A stretch of DNA of 64,000 nt from NCBI GenBank assembly GCA_043770315.1, contig JAYVIJ010000040.1, positions 2,872 to 66,871 on the forward strand. The letters are read 5' to 3'. Shown piece after piece: positions 11,506 to 21,992 of the stretch. Source of the DNA: Candidatus Altimarinota bacterium. GTDB taxonomy: Bacteria > Patescibacteriota > Gracilibacteria > BD1-5 > UBA2023. Below the pieces are notes generated by a model. It saw only the letters and a program-made list of their open reading frames with translations, was not told the origin of the DNA and searched no databases. How positions within the stretch are numbered: the first letter of the stretch is position 1; each line of letters opens with the position of its first letter. Both the position numbers and the translations under genes were made by a program.

Positions 11506-11952
11506 ATGAAATGTCCAAAATGTAAAAATCTCGATACAAAAGTTATCGATTCTCGAAGTACTGAAGATGGGAAAGCTATCCGCCGACGTCGTGAATGCGA
11601 GAAGTGTGGAGCAAGATTTACGAGTTTTGAACGTCTTGAGTTTGTATCATTCCTCGTGACGAAATCTTCAGGAGAGAGTGAACCATATGATCGTACCAAA
11701 GTCGTAAATTCGATGATGAAAGCCCTCACAAAGAGAAGTGTGAATCCCGATAAGCTCGAAGATATCATCAATACTCTCGAAAATGAATGGGCACAAAATA
11801 AACAAGGTATCACTTCGAAACGTATCGGAAAGGATATCCTTCGCAAACTTCGAGATCTCGATGAAGTAGCATTTCTTCGGTATGCATCGATCTATCATAA
11901 CCATGAAAGTGTGAAATGATTTGTGAAATTCATCGAAGATGAACTTGGCTAG
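11506..11952 (+). CDS. nrdR: Transcriptional repressor NrdR
   Basis: Zn-ribbon MKCPKCKNLDTKVIDSR...RRRRECEKCGARFTSFE followed by an ATP-cone-like region. One TGA at 11917-11919 is followed by 10 more codons to TAG 11950-11952. Confidence 0.92.
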
Positions 11953-12088
11953 AATTATTATATGCAGATCATTTATGACATAGTATCTTATGAGAATGCC
12001 AAAATGATGTACCTTAAGTATGAGCGAATTCGGAAATCGATATGAGAAATCTTAAACTAAATTTGCCAGGCGATATAAAGCTGATAAT

Positions 12089-13108
12089 ATGAGAACGACA
12101 CTTGACTTTAATTTATTGGAACCACATATACAATCATCATCTACTATTACACTCGTTCCTCTTGGGACGACTTTTCTCCATGGATCACTCATTTCTCATG
12201 AGCTTATGGAACTCCTTGATCACGCTCAGCAAGCAAAAGAAAAAGTACTGATTCTCTATAATCGCCGTGGATCAGGACGTGCTTGGATCTGTCAAGATTG
12301 TGGAGAGTTTCCACTCTGTCCTCACTGTGATATCGCTCTTGCATATCATACGAGTCCCAAGCGACAACTCATCTGTCATCAATGTAGTTATACCGTATTC
12401 GTTCCAGTAGAATGCCAAAAATGTAGAGGTATGAGATTTCAGCCAGTTGGTATCGGGATACAGAAAATATCAGATGATCTTCATTCACTCCTCCCGAATA
12501 CGAATCTCCTTCGTATAGATTCTGATACAGTACTTGAAAAATCGAAAATCCTCTCCCATGTATGAGATATCGATATTATCATTGGAACCCATGCTCACAT
12601 CTCACTTCTCCATCATGGAGATATTGCCCATATCGTATTCCTATTATTTGAGTCAGACCTTACTCTTCCAGACTATCGAATGGAAGAAGATGTCTATCAT
12701 ATGCTGGAATATGTGAAAAAATCAGGAAAAAATCTTTTTATCCAGACATATACCCCAGACCATCCACTCCTTTCACTCATTATTGAAGGGAATTATCAGG
12801 ATTTTCTTCGGGATATGAGTCGTGAAAGGAAAGCATTTGATTATCCACCTTATAGTCAATTTGCTCTTCTGCGAATTCGCGATGCTCAGAAAGAAAAAGT
12901 TCAAGATATCATGGTAAAACTTCTCAATAAAATTACTCAAATTAAAGAAGATACCATTTTTCTTGCATCGGATCAAGATATCTGGGAGAGATTTGCAGGT
13001 GAGTGGATGCAAAAAATCATCCTTAAATGATCCAATCTTGAGCCTCTTCTTGCACAATTGGAGGTGGAGATAGTCAGAAATCGCGCGGTCACGCTCGAAA
13101 GAAGATAG
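12089..13108 (+). CDS. priA: PriA-like protein, C-terminal half only (Cys-rich Zn region, helicase lobe 2, C-terminal domain); the N-terminal Walker A/DEAH lobe is absent
   Basis: Blocks: VLILYNRRGSGRAWICQDCGEFPLCPHCDIALAYH..LICHQC...CQKCRG, VGIGIQKISDDL, RIDSDT, DIIIGTHA, LPDYRMEEDVY, DYPPYSQFALLRI. An in-frame TAA at 12086-12088 lies directly upstream of the ATG, and nrdR ends only 136 nt upstream. There are two in-frame TGAs and the stop is TAG 13106-13108. Confidence 0.8.
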
Positions 13109-13111
13109 TTT

Positions 13112-14770
13112 CTAGAGTATGATCTCATCCTTTTTCGATATACTCCACATAAGCGCCCCGAGTATCACTATACCAAACAATACAAAGAATCCACCATATC
13201 CGAGCATCTCAAGCATAAGTCATCCAAAGACGAGACCGATGACATTTGCTGCATTTTGGAGTATTTTCATAGGCCCAGCAGAAGCATTTGAGTCAATCTC
13301 TTTAAGGTTGAGAGTTTTTGCATAAATGCTATTATAGGCATCAAGAAATTGGTTTTGTCAGAGAGACATTCCACAGGAATACCCGAGACTATTGATAAGT
13401 GCAAGACCGAGAAATATAACCGTAGTCGTTCCATTAAATGAGCCATCAGCTATAAATGCCATCATACCCATACCGATAAGTGAAACTCACGAAAGACCAA
13501 GTCCAGTAAATGCTACGGTTTTGATACCGACTTTTCCAGCGATTTTTCCAGCGACTTCCTGGAGTCAGAGAGCAGGGATGGCTATACATGCGAGAAGTAT
13601 GTAGCTCCATCCATGTTTTATATTATCGAGAAAGCTCACGAGAAATGTCGAGGCAAATGTATCCCAAAAACCAAATATAAGTACAAGGGTCATCGTCCAA
13701 TATATCACAATATATATGGGCATATGACTCATGATTTTCCATATTGTTTTTGCTGTACGTACAATTTCTATAGCGAATTCTTTCCAGTCGATTTTACTTG
13801 TTTCTTTTTGTTTCGGTTTGAGGAATATATATTTTGCTGTTGATACCACGGTCTCAAGATCGACAGCTGATATTTTTTCTGTGATATATTCTTTTACATT
13901 TTCGGCATTCATTTTTCGTATACCTACGGTAAATGAAGTCACATCAGAAAGGGTCAAACTCTCACTAGAATTATCGAAGAATCGGAGAGTAAAAACGAGG
14001 AATAATGCGATAGCACCACCAAGGAATACTATAGCTACAGTAGCATTCGTAGAGAGTATAAAACCAGAGACGACCAATCATACGAGCGATCAGAGTCCGT
14101 AAGTGATATTATTTCTTGCGAGTATTTTTCCATATTCACTCGGGTGCGCATGAGAGAGGATATAGCCAAATGTTGAAATATCATTGATCTCTTTCGTAAG
14201 ACCATAACATACGGATGCGACGATGATGAGTACCCAATTCAAAGCACTACTAAAAAACCATGATATTAATCCAGAGAATCCCTCGGGGACGATAAGTTTT
14301 CAGGCATCTCATACGAGAGAGAAAACACCATAGATAAAATTAAAAAATATTGCTACGGCAACGAGTTGGGATATAGCTGCAATAATGAAAAGTTTTTTTG
14401 TAGAAAAATAGCGTTGAAGTATACCTATAGGGATATCGAGGAGCACTGCTATGAAGTTCGCAATTCCGAGAAATATACCTACGAGTGCTACACTTTGAAG
14501 CTGGAATGTAAAGAAGAATACCACAGAAAAGTGGAATACCATCCATACAAATCACTGGAGTGCATTCGTCATATAGAAATTCTTGAGTCTATATCCATCG
14601 AGAGTAGTATTTGCTGATATAATTACAGTATCATCAGTTACTCAATCCTCTGAATCAGTAGACTCTTGTATCTCAGTTGGATTTTCAGAAGAGGCTTCTA
14701 TGGAAGTATTAGTTTCTTCAGGAAATATTGCTGCATCAGAAGATGGAGAAGAAATATCAGTTTCTGACAT
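13112..14770 (-). CDS. MFS-type multi-pass membrane transporter with an acidic Ser/Thr/Glu-rich N-terminal extension
   Basis: One frame joins 14309..14542 and 13565..14077 and extends to TAG 13112-13114. All gaps were walked and contain TGAs only. The hydrophobic helices are MFS-like (..LDIPIGILQRYFSTKK..). The start ATG 14768-14770 is tentative; an internal Met near 14570 is possible. Confidence 0.75.
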
Positions 14771-14787
14771 AAAAATAAAATAAAATA

Positions 14788-14805
14788 AAGGCCGAAGTCG
14801 GCCTT
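14788..14805 (-). terminator. GC-rich hairpin followed (on the minus strand) by a U-rich tract; terminator of the 15702->14959 genes or a 5' element of the MFS gene
   Basis: aaggccg-aagt-cggcctt. On the minus strand it is followed by tattttattttattttt and then immediately by the ATG at 14770. Confidence 0.5.
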
Positions 14806-14958
14806 ATACATTTATGGGTAACTCCTTTACAGATAGAACCTGTGGTATAGGTATTCCCGACCAAGGAATATATCCATGATAGACTATTTTTGTTTTTTTT
14901 GCGAGTTTCTAACGAGTATTGTAATATATTTTCTCTTTACAAGTCTTATATTTTTTTT

Positions 14959-15393
14959 CTAATCAGGTATCTGAGCAATACTTCTTATAAGATGAAGTTT
15001 GCTAGCTTGATGGTATTTATTTACAGTATCGAGTTCGAGACGAGTTTGTTTTTGCTTTTTGAATTTCGCGAGGAGCATTTCTGCTTCCTGAGCATTCTTT
15101 GCATCTTTCAAGGTATCGATCATTTCTATTGCTTCTTCCAGAAGGGCTCTATTTGCGCCGTCTACCTCTTTGCGTATCATGACCATTTCCACGATATAGT
15201 TCTCCCAGTTTTCTAATATATGACCTTGTTTTTCAGGGGTAAGTGCAGAAAAAATCACCGTTATATTATGACGATCCTCATCTGAAAGGGGTGACCGAGC
15301 GAGGAGTGTCTGGAGACGGACGTTGCCCATGGCATTGAGTCGTAAAAAAAGAAAACCAATACTGTTATTGTATTGGTTTTTAGGGATTTGCAA
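14959..15393 (-). CDS. Hypothetical protein (predicted coiled-coil C-terminus)
   Basis: A complete ORF in the track with no TGA and stop TAG 14959-14961. The listed start is TTG at 15391-15393; the alternative ATG at 15328-15330 gives MGNVRLQTLL.... I recognise no family. Confidence 0.55.
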   Translation of the reverse strand: MQIPKNQYNNSIGFLFLRLNAMGNVRLQTLLARSPLSDEDRHNITVIFSALTPEKQGHILENWENYIVEMVMIRKEVDGANRALLEEAIEMIDTLKDAKNAQEAEMLLAKFKKQKQTRLELDTVNKYHQASKLHLIRSIAQIPD

Positions 15394-15402
15394 ATTATTT
15401 CT

Positions 15403-15702
15403 TTATGCTGCATCAAGGAAGTCACCAGGAATACTTTCTTTATATATTGTATCATTCACAGCCTTTGAGGTAGCGATTTTTTCTACACGTCCAACTATTG
15501 CTAATACGCTTTCTTCAGTAGGGCTCGTCATCATCTGTTGGGTAAGCTCTGGATTGATGACCGCAATATGAGCCAATAAAGCCTGTTTGATAGTATCGGG
15601 ACTTGAGTGAGTGAGCTCTTTTCCAGAAATCCTATAAGCAGATTCAATCGAATTTGATAGTTTTGTCTTTTCAAAGCTTGATGTAGGTCTATTTTGAGTC
15701 AT
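15403..15702 (-). CDS. Hypothetical protein (99 aa)
   Basis: A complete ORF with an ATG start and a genuine TAA stop at 15403-15405, located 9 nt upstream of the next ORF on the same strand. I recognise no family. Confidence 0.55.
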   Translation of the reverse strand: MTQNRPTSSFEKTKLSNSIESAYRISGKELTHSSPDTIKQALLAHIAVINPELTQQMMTSPTEESVLAIVGRVEKIATSKAVNDTIYKESIPGDFLDAA

Positions 15703-15842
15703 GGGTGTATTATAACATTTATGATTTATAATTGCAAATTTTTATACTGATTATATAGTAAAATGCAAGTTGTTTTTAAAGTGAAAGGATTATCGACTTT
15801 TTTCCGTAAAAAGCAAATAGAAATATTTACTTTTTACAAAAA

Positions 15843-16568
15843 TTATATCTGATACCGTATAGCTTCAAGCATTGGTTTCAGATTTTCGGGTATCTCCTTG
15901 GGCATTTTCGCATCGACGGTCACATACATATCACCAGTTTCCCCATCCATAGCACGTCATTTCCCAGATATTTTAAATTTGGTCCCTGGTTTTGTCCCGG
16001 CTTTTACCTTCAAAAAAAGATTTTTCCCATAGACAGTGCGGATGCTTACCGAAGTGTCATAGAGAAAATCAAAAAACGGTATTTCTACTACCTCCATCAC
16101 ATCAAGGTTCGGTTTTATCGTTTCTTTTTTGGGCTCTTCATGAGTATTTTTTGGTTTTTTTTGTTTTGTTCCACCGCGACCTCAGAAGAGATCCCCAATA
16201 TCGAATTCGATACCACCACTTTGTCTCGCACCTCCTCAAAATTGAGAAAAAATATCTTCGAATCCTCAGAATCATCATGATGAGGATTGAGCATATGATC
16301 ATGAGCGATAGGACTGATTACTATTTCATCCCATTCCACCAAATGGATTTCCATCAGCAGAACCAAATTGGTCATAATTCTTCTTTTTTGTACTCTCTGA
16401 AAGAGTTTGGTATGCTTCGTTGACTTCTTTGAATTTTGCTTCTGCATTTTTATCATCTTTATTTCTATCAGGATGATACTGCATTGCCATTTTTTTGTAG
16501 GCTTTTTTTATCTCTGCTTCAGATGCAGACTTCGATATACCGAGAATGTCATAATAATTTTTTGCCAT
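15843..16568 (-). CDS. J-domain co-chaperone (DnaJ/CbpA-like, no zinc-finger domain, 241 aa)
   Basis: J domain [36 protein letters not shown]. It is followed by a Gly/Phe-rich region in which many Gly codons are TGA (..[43 protein letters not shown]..). Then comes a single C-terminal beta domain ([27 protein letters not shown]). Stop is TAA 15843-15845. Confidence 0.88.
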
Positions 16569-16623
16569 AAGAATATTTTATAGAAAAAATAGCACCTGTC
16601 AAAATAAGGTGCTATTTATTTGG

Positions 16624-17130
16624 CTATTTAAGGTCATCGATAGCTTTTTTTATAGCACGAATAAGTGCATGCGGGAGAACTCATGGATCGATACTTTTTT
16701 GACCATGATGAAGATGAGTCTGTATTATGCCACTGGTATATCGAGATTCATTAAGCAATCAGGCGATACTATGGATATTCTCATAGCGTAAAAACCAGAG
16801 TACATCATCACTTGTAATTTTAATTTTATCGTCTATATATGTTTGTGTGATTCATTTTGAAATTGACTCTCTCCATTTCGTATATCCATCGACAATATGA
16901 AATACATTGATGGATACGTCTCGAAGTTCTCTGAGTGATTGAGTTCAGACCGATGAGCCAATCTCATATAACTGCGTACTTGCAGAGGTTTTGTTATCAA
17001 ATACCGAATCACTTCTATATGTGTGTCCGTATGCTCCATTTCCATAGTCTATAGGCCCATTTTCTCTTGTACCATCTCATGGAGTTCTACTCGATGATGG
17101 AAGCCATGTAGGATCAAGCTGAGTACTCAT
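16624..17130 (-). CDS. Hypothetical protein (168 aa, six in-frame TGA)
   Basis: A TAA/TAG-free frame runs from ATG 17128-17130 to TAG 16624-16626, walked codon by codon. It supersedes the 70-aa standard-code ORF 16833..17045, which is in another frame. I recognise no family. Confidence 0.55.
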
Positions 17131-17236
17131 GTGATGAGAATTATAGTATAAGTATATTGATAAATTTCACTCTGCAAATCCTTTTATAGAAATCTTCCGA
17201 TTTGCGATTCGAATGAATTTTCATATTATTTTCTGT

Positions 17237-19174
17237 ATGAAAAAATCCCTCGATATTATTGATAAAATTCTCAAAAATCTTACTTCTACTCCTTGAGTCT
17301 ATCAAATGAAAGATAAGGGAGGAAAGGTTATCTATGTCTGAAAGAGCGTGAATCTGAAATCTCGAGTCTCTTCTTATTTTCGTGATATGGGGAGCCTCAC
17401 TCTTGCTAAGAAACAAATGGTGGGGAAGATAGAAAATATCGAGATTATCCTGTGTCAGACAGAGGTCGAAGCTCTCGTACTTGAAACGAATCTCATCAAG
17501 CACTTGACACCTAAATACAATATCCTCATGAAGGATGATAAGAATCTTGCCTATATAAAAATTACGAAAAATCCTATTCCAGAAATATTTCGCACGCGAC
17601 AGAAGATAAAGGATGGTGGAGTATACTTTGGTCCATATACTCAAGGCTCAAATGTCTATGAGTCAATACGAGAACTCAAAAGAATATTTAAAGTGCGAAA
17701 TTGTAAGATGAAATTTGCAGAAAAATCATCTCAATCAAAAGAAGTAATAATTATTGATAAGGCAGGAAAGACTCCTCCATGTATGGATTATTATATTTGA
17801 CTCTGTCCAGCCCCATGTCTTCTCGAAGGGTCAAAAATATGAGAGCATTCTGATAATGTCGAAAGGATGAAAAAATTTCTCCAAGGAGAACAATCGTGAC
17901 TCCTTGATGAAATGAGAATGAAGATGCAAGATCATGCAAAGAAGCTCGAATTCGAAGAGGCTCAGAAGATAAAAATCCTCATAGATTCTATAGGAGTCCT
18001 TTCAGAGAAACAAATAGCTCGTGATGTCATACCATGAAACCATGATATTTTTATAGTGTTAGAAAAGTATGAAAAGTATCATATTGGTCTAATGCAAATT
18101 AGAAATAGTCAGATTATTTGAGTATTTCGCCATACTATAGTATCTCCGATAGAAACACGAGATGAAGTGGTTTCGCAGTTTCTTGCTCGTCAATATATAG
18201 TTGATATATGAACTGAATCTTGAGAACTCCTTGAGTTTCCAGATTCGCTTATAACTATCGAAGAAATTACTGATCCAATACTTTCGGATTTTCTCCGAGA
18301 ACAAAAAATAGAGATTATACATCCGACTATAGGAGCTCGGAAGGAGCTTCTTGATTTTACCTTGAATCAAGTCCGAGAATATGCATATAAAAGTGAGCTT
18401 GCCACACTCGAGCAAAATACTCTTACTCGAACACACATGGCAAATATACTCGAAAGACTTGGGTATAAAGTACCAAAAAAAGGAGAGATTATCTTCGAAT
18501 GTTATGATATTTCTCATACCCATGGTCAATTTACGTATGCATCTCGAGTGCTTCTATCTAATGGAAAACCCGATACGAGTAGATATAAAAAATATAAAAT
18601 AAAGTCACTTCAGGCAGGGGACATAGATGACTATGCATCACATAAAGAAGTCATGATGCGACGTATAATCGAGTGAATCGAATTACAAAACCTCCCTCAC
18701 CTTATAATCATTGATGGAGGAAAGTGACAACTTTCTAGTGCAATATCAGGGATTGATCTTGGTATCAAAAATTATGAGTTTCAGTCAGAACAGATTCTTC
18801 CTACTGAGAGACAAGATATACCTCAGCGCAATGAGATACCGATATGTTCTATCGCAAAAAGAGAAGAAGAAATATTCATACCTGGAGATAAGCATCCTAT
18901 ACTATTTGAGAAATGATCACCAGAGCTCATGGTTCTCCAAAAAGCAAGGGATGAGTCACATAGATTCTCTATCACAGCGAATCGATCAGCACGTATGAAA
19001 AGTATGAAAAAGAATATTCTGGAAGAACTTCCAGGATTTGGTCCTGTCACTCGAAAAAAACTTCTCAAACTTGCAGGAAATATCGACGAGATCAAGAATC
19101 TCTCTCTTCTTGATCTTCAATCAGTCTGCACGAAAGTACAGATAGAGACACTGAAAGATCACGGTATTATCTAG
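17237..19174 (+). CDS. uvrC: Excinuclease ABC subunit C
   Basis: One frame joins 17348..17800, 18362..18676 and 18929..19174; all gaps were walked. GIY-YIG region: TP-G(TGA 17294-17296)-VYQMKD..VIYV-G(TGA)-KSVNLKSRVSSYF. Also CMDYYI-G(TGA)-LCPAPC, the UVR domain LEFEEAQKIK, IIIDGGK-G(TGA 18725-18727)-QL and a C-terminal HhH. Confidence 0.95.
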
Positions 19175-19835
19175 TTTGTTTATAAGTTAGAGCTTGTAAA
19201 TTTCATGCTACCATTCTTCAGTATCGATGCATTATTTTTTCAGCCGTTGATATCTCTTTTGAGGGAATATAAAATTCGGGATCTACTAAGGTTGCTCCAA
19301 TTTCTTCCAAATCTCATATTTTGATACAACGTCCTTTACTATCCTCTGGGTCAGGGCAATTAAACATACTTCTTTCAAGCCTCCATATAAAACTTTCTGA
19401 TACTTTCAATTCTCTGAGTTTTTTAATGATTTGTTGGTCATCAAAAGTATGATAACTCACTTCAAAAATATCATCATCTTCATTTCCTGGAAATTTTTCA
19501 GTAATAATTCAGAGAATTCTCCCTTGAGAATCTTTTGCTATTCCATATACTTGCGGCAACTGATTTCTCAGTTCTGGGAATTTTCTCCAAAGGTAAGCGA
19601 TAAAAGCATATTCATAAGGAAAAGAATAGAGAAGTCATAGATCCCAATCTTTCCTATGCTTTAAAACCAAGTCAATTCAACCTTTTGTTTTTCATAGAAG
19701 AAATATTGATGACTTAATTTCACCATTCGATCTTTTAGAAACCCTAAAGGGAGATGCGCTTAAAAGACTAAATCGATCAAGTATATCAATTCAGTCACTT
19801 AAATGACTTCTATTGGAATCAAGGAAATTTGTCAT
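19167..19835 (-). CDS. Hypothetical protein (222 aa, eight in-frame TGA), divergent from tsaD; weak small-kinase-like pattern
   Basis: I translated the reverse complement segment by segment. The frame is open from ATG 19833-19835 to TAA 19167-19169 (669 nt), overlapping the uvrC 3' end by 8 nt. It is invisible in the standard-code track. See findings for the tentative fold idea. Confidence 0.6.
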
Positions 19836-19891
19836 TTAAGTAATTTAATATTTAAATATTTTTTGTCAAGAGTCTTCATACTATAAAATTT

Positions 19892-20893
19892 ATGTATATT
19901 CTTGCCTTTGAGACATCTTGTGATGATACATCTGTAGCAGTCATGAAAGATGATATCTGTATAGCTCTTTCGACACGGACTCAGCTTGAGCATAGTACTA
20001 CAGGTGGCGTCGTACCAGAGGTCGCTGCTCGCAGTCATGCGAATGCGATATTTCCCTGTATCGAAGATGCTCTAAGAGATGCGAATATAGAACTCGATGA
20101 TATCGATCTTATTGCTTGTACTGAGAAGCCATGACTTCTTCCATCACTCCTTACTGGTATGACAGTAGCAAGTACACTCGCTCTCAGCATGAAAAAACCG
20201 ATATATTGGATCGATCATATTGAGTCACATATTTTTGCGAATTATCTTGATCGAAGTGAAAGCGATATCGTATTTCCAGCGGTAGTACTTACTGTATCAG
20301 GCTGACATACAGAGATATATCACTGGAAGAGTATGTTTGAACTTTTTCTCATAGGACAAACTCGTGATGATGCTGCAGGTGAAGCTTTTGACAAAGTGTC
20401 GAAGATGATGTGACTATGATTTCCAGGTGGTGCTATCGTTTCAAAATATGCAAAAAACTATTATGAAAATCTTCAAGGAAACTGAAATAAGATTTCTAGA
20501 AAACGGCTTTTTCCTGAAGTACTTCTTGAGAAGGAGTCTCTTGATTTTTCCTTTTCTGGCATTAAGACAGCAGTTAAAAGAGATATAGATATGAGAATAA
20601 AAAATTCGAGTAGTTTATCAGAAGAAGATAGGGGAGAGATTGCTTATGAATTTGAAGAGGTTGTCACGACGATACTTGCCAAAAAGCTTCTTCGAGCACT
20701 CGAACAAACTGATGCAAAAATGATGCTTCTTGCAGGCTGAGTCAGCGCGAATTCGAAGTTACGCGAAAAGTTAGAATGATTCGGTCGAGAACAGGAAATA
20801 CCTTTCCTTTCGCCAAAAAAAATTATCTATTCTATGGACAATGCTGCTATGATAGGAATTCGTGCATATTTTGGTCATAAGTATTCGAAATAA
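19892..20893 (+). CDS. tsaD: tRNA N6-adenosine threonylcarbamoyltransferase TsaD (Kae1/Gcp family)
   Basis: MYILAFETSCDDTSVAV.., GGVVPEVAARSH, VSG-G(TGA)-HTE, [22 protein letters not shown], LAG-G(TGA)-VSAN, MDNAAMIG. Stop is TAA 20891-20893. Confidence 0.93.
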
Positions 20894-21002
20894 GAGATAA
20901 TTCTTTCTGAAACCATGACTGGAGAGAGAGTCAATAGATTTATTTTGTTTCAAATCCATTTTTTCTATATAATACAACTGCTTTTATATATTAATTATTA
21001 TT

Positions 21003-21953
21003 ATGGTAACCAAATCTTCAGCTACTAGTGTTGATCTTTCAACAGAAAAAACAGGCTCTACCCAAGGAGCGATGATCGTAATGCTTATAGCCTCACTTCT
21101 TCTCAATACTTTATGTTTGTATTTTCTTTTGGGATACTCTTTTGAGTTCAAAACTCTTTCAAAAGGTGATAATGCAGCACAGGATTGATCTGTAGGTATT
21201 CGAAAAGTACTTCTCGATCTTGAATATGAAAAGGTTGGATGAAAGGAGAACTATGATATCCTTCAGAAATATACTCAAATGCAAATAAAGGAACAAATTC
21301 CTCAAATAAAGAGCGCTTTGGAAGGTGGTACTACTCCATCAGCACAGCAACCTTCTGGTTCAACTGCTGCACAAGGTACTATGTCTCCAGATGATGTGAA
21401 GAAAATCCTTGATGATGCAAGCATTGAATGAAACAAAGCTGCTACGATTATTGCTATCGAATATTCTGATATGGAATGTCCGTTTTGTATGAGACAATAT
21501 CATGATACCAAGCTTTTTCCTACACTTCTTTCCCAATACGGGGATAAGGTATCTGTAGCATTCAAAAATAATCGATGAGTCAATCATAAAGGTACTGAGG
21601 CAAAAGCTCTTGGTGCACTTTGTGCAGGAAAACTCGGAGGTGATGTTGCATACCAAAAATTCTATAAGGGAGTTATGGATCGATCGACCAATGAATGAGG
21701 TGTGCTTGATCCAGCAAAACTTTCAGAGGTAGCAAAGGTCGCAGGAGTTGATCTGGCAAAATGGCAATCATGTGTCGATACGAAAGAAACACTCCCTCGA
21801 TTTGCAGCTCAGACAAGTGAAGCTCAGAAGTATAATCTCGGTGGAACACCAGGGACACTTCTCATCAATGTAAAAACAGGAAAATATGCTACCGTAGAAG
21901 GTGCATATCCGTATGCGACATTTACGGCGAAGATCGATGAGCTGATGAAATAA
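21003..21953 (+). CDS. Membrane-anchored DsbA-family thiol:disulfide oxidoreductase (CPFC active site)
   Basis: One frame joins 21003..21188 and 21702..21953; the gap was walked. Features are an N-terminal TM segment, the thioredoxin motif YSDMECPFCMRQY (CPFC 21477-21488) and the C-terminal GGTPGTLLIN. Confidence 0.85.
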
Positions 21954-21964
21954 TCTAATGCAAT

Positions 21965-21992
21965 AAAAAATCCCTCGAAAGAGGGATTTTTT
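21965..21992. terminator. Bidirectional intrinsic terminator between convergent genes
   Basis: aaaaaatccctc-gaaa-gagggatttttt, with A/T runs on both sides. It lies 12 nt after the dsbA-like stop and overlaps the stop (21991-21993) of the convergent methyltransferase gene. Confidence 0.8.

Noticed and set aside
16833-17045. 70-aa standard-code ORF on the minus strand.
   Set aside because: A different minus-strand frame is free of TAA/TAG for 168 codons (16624..17130) under table 25 and is the more parsimonious gene.
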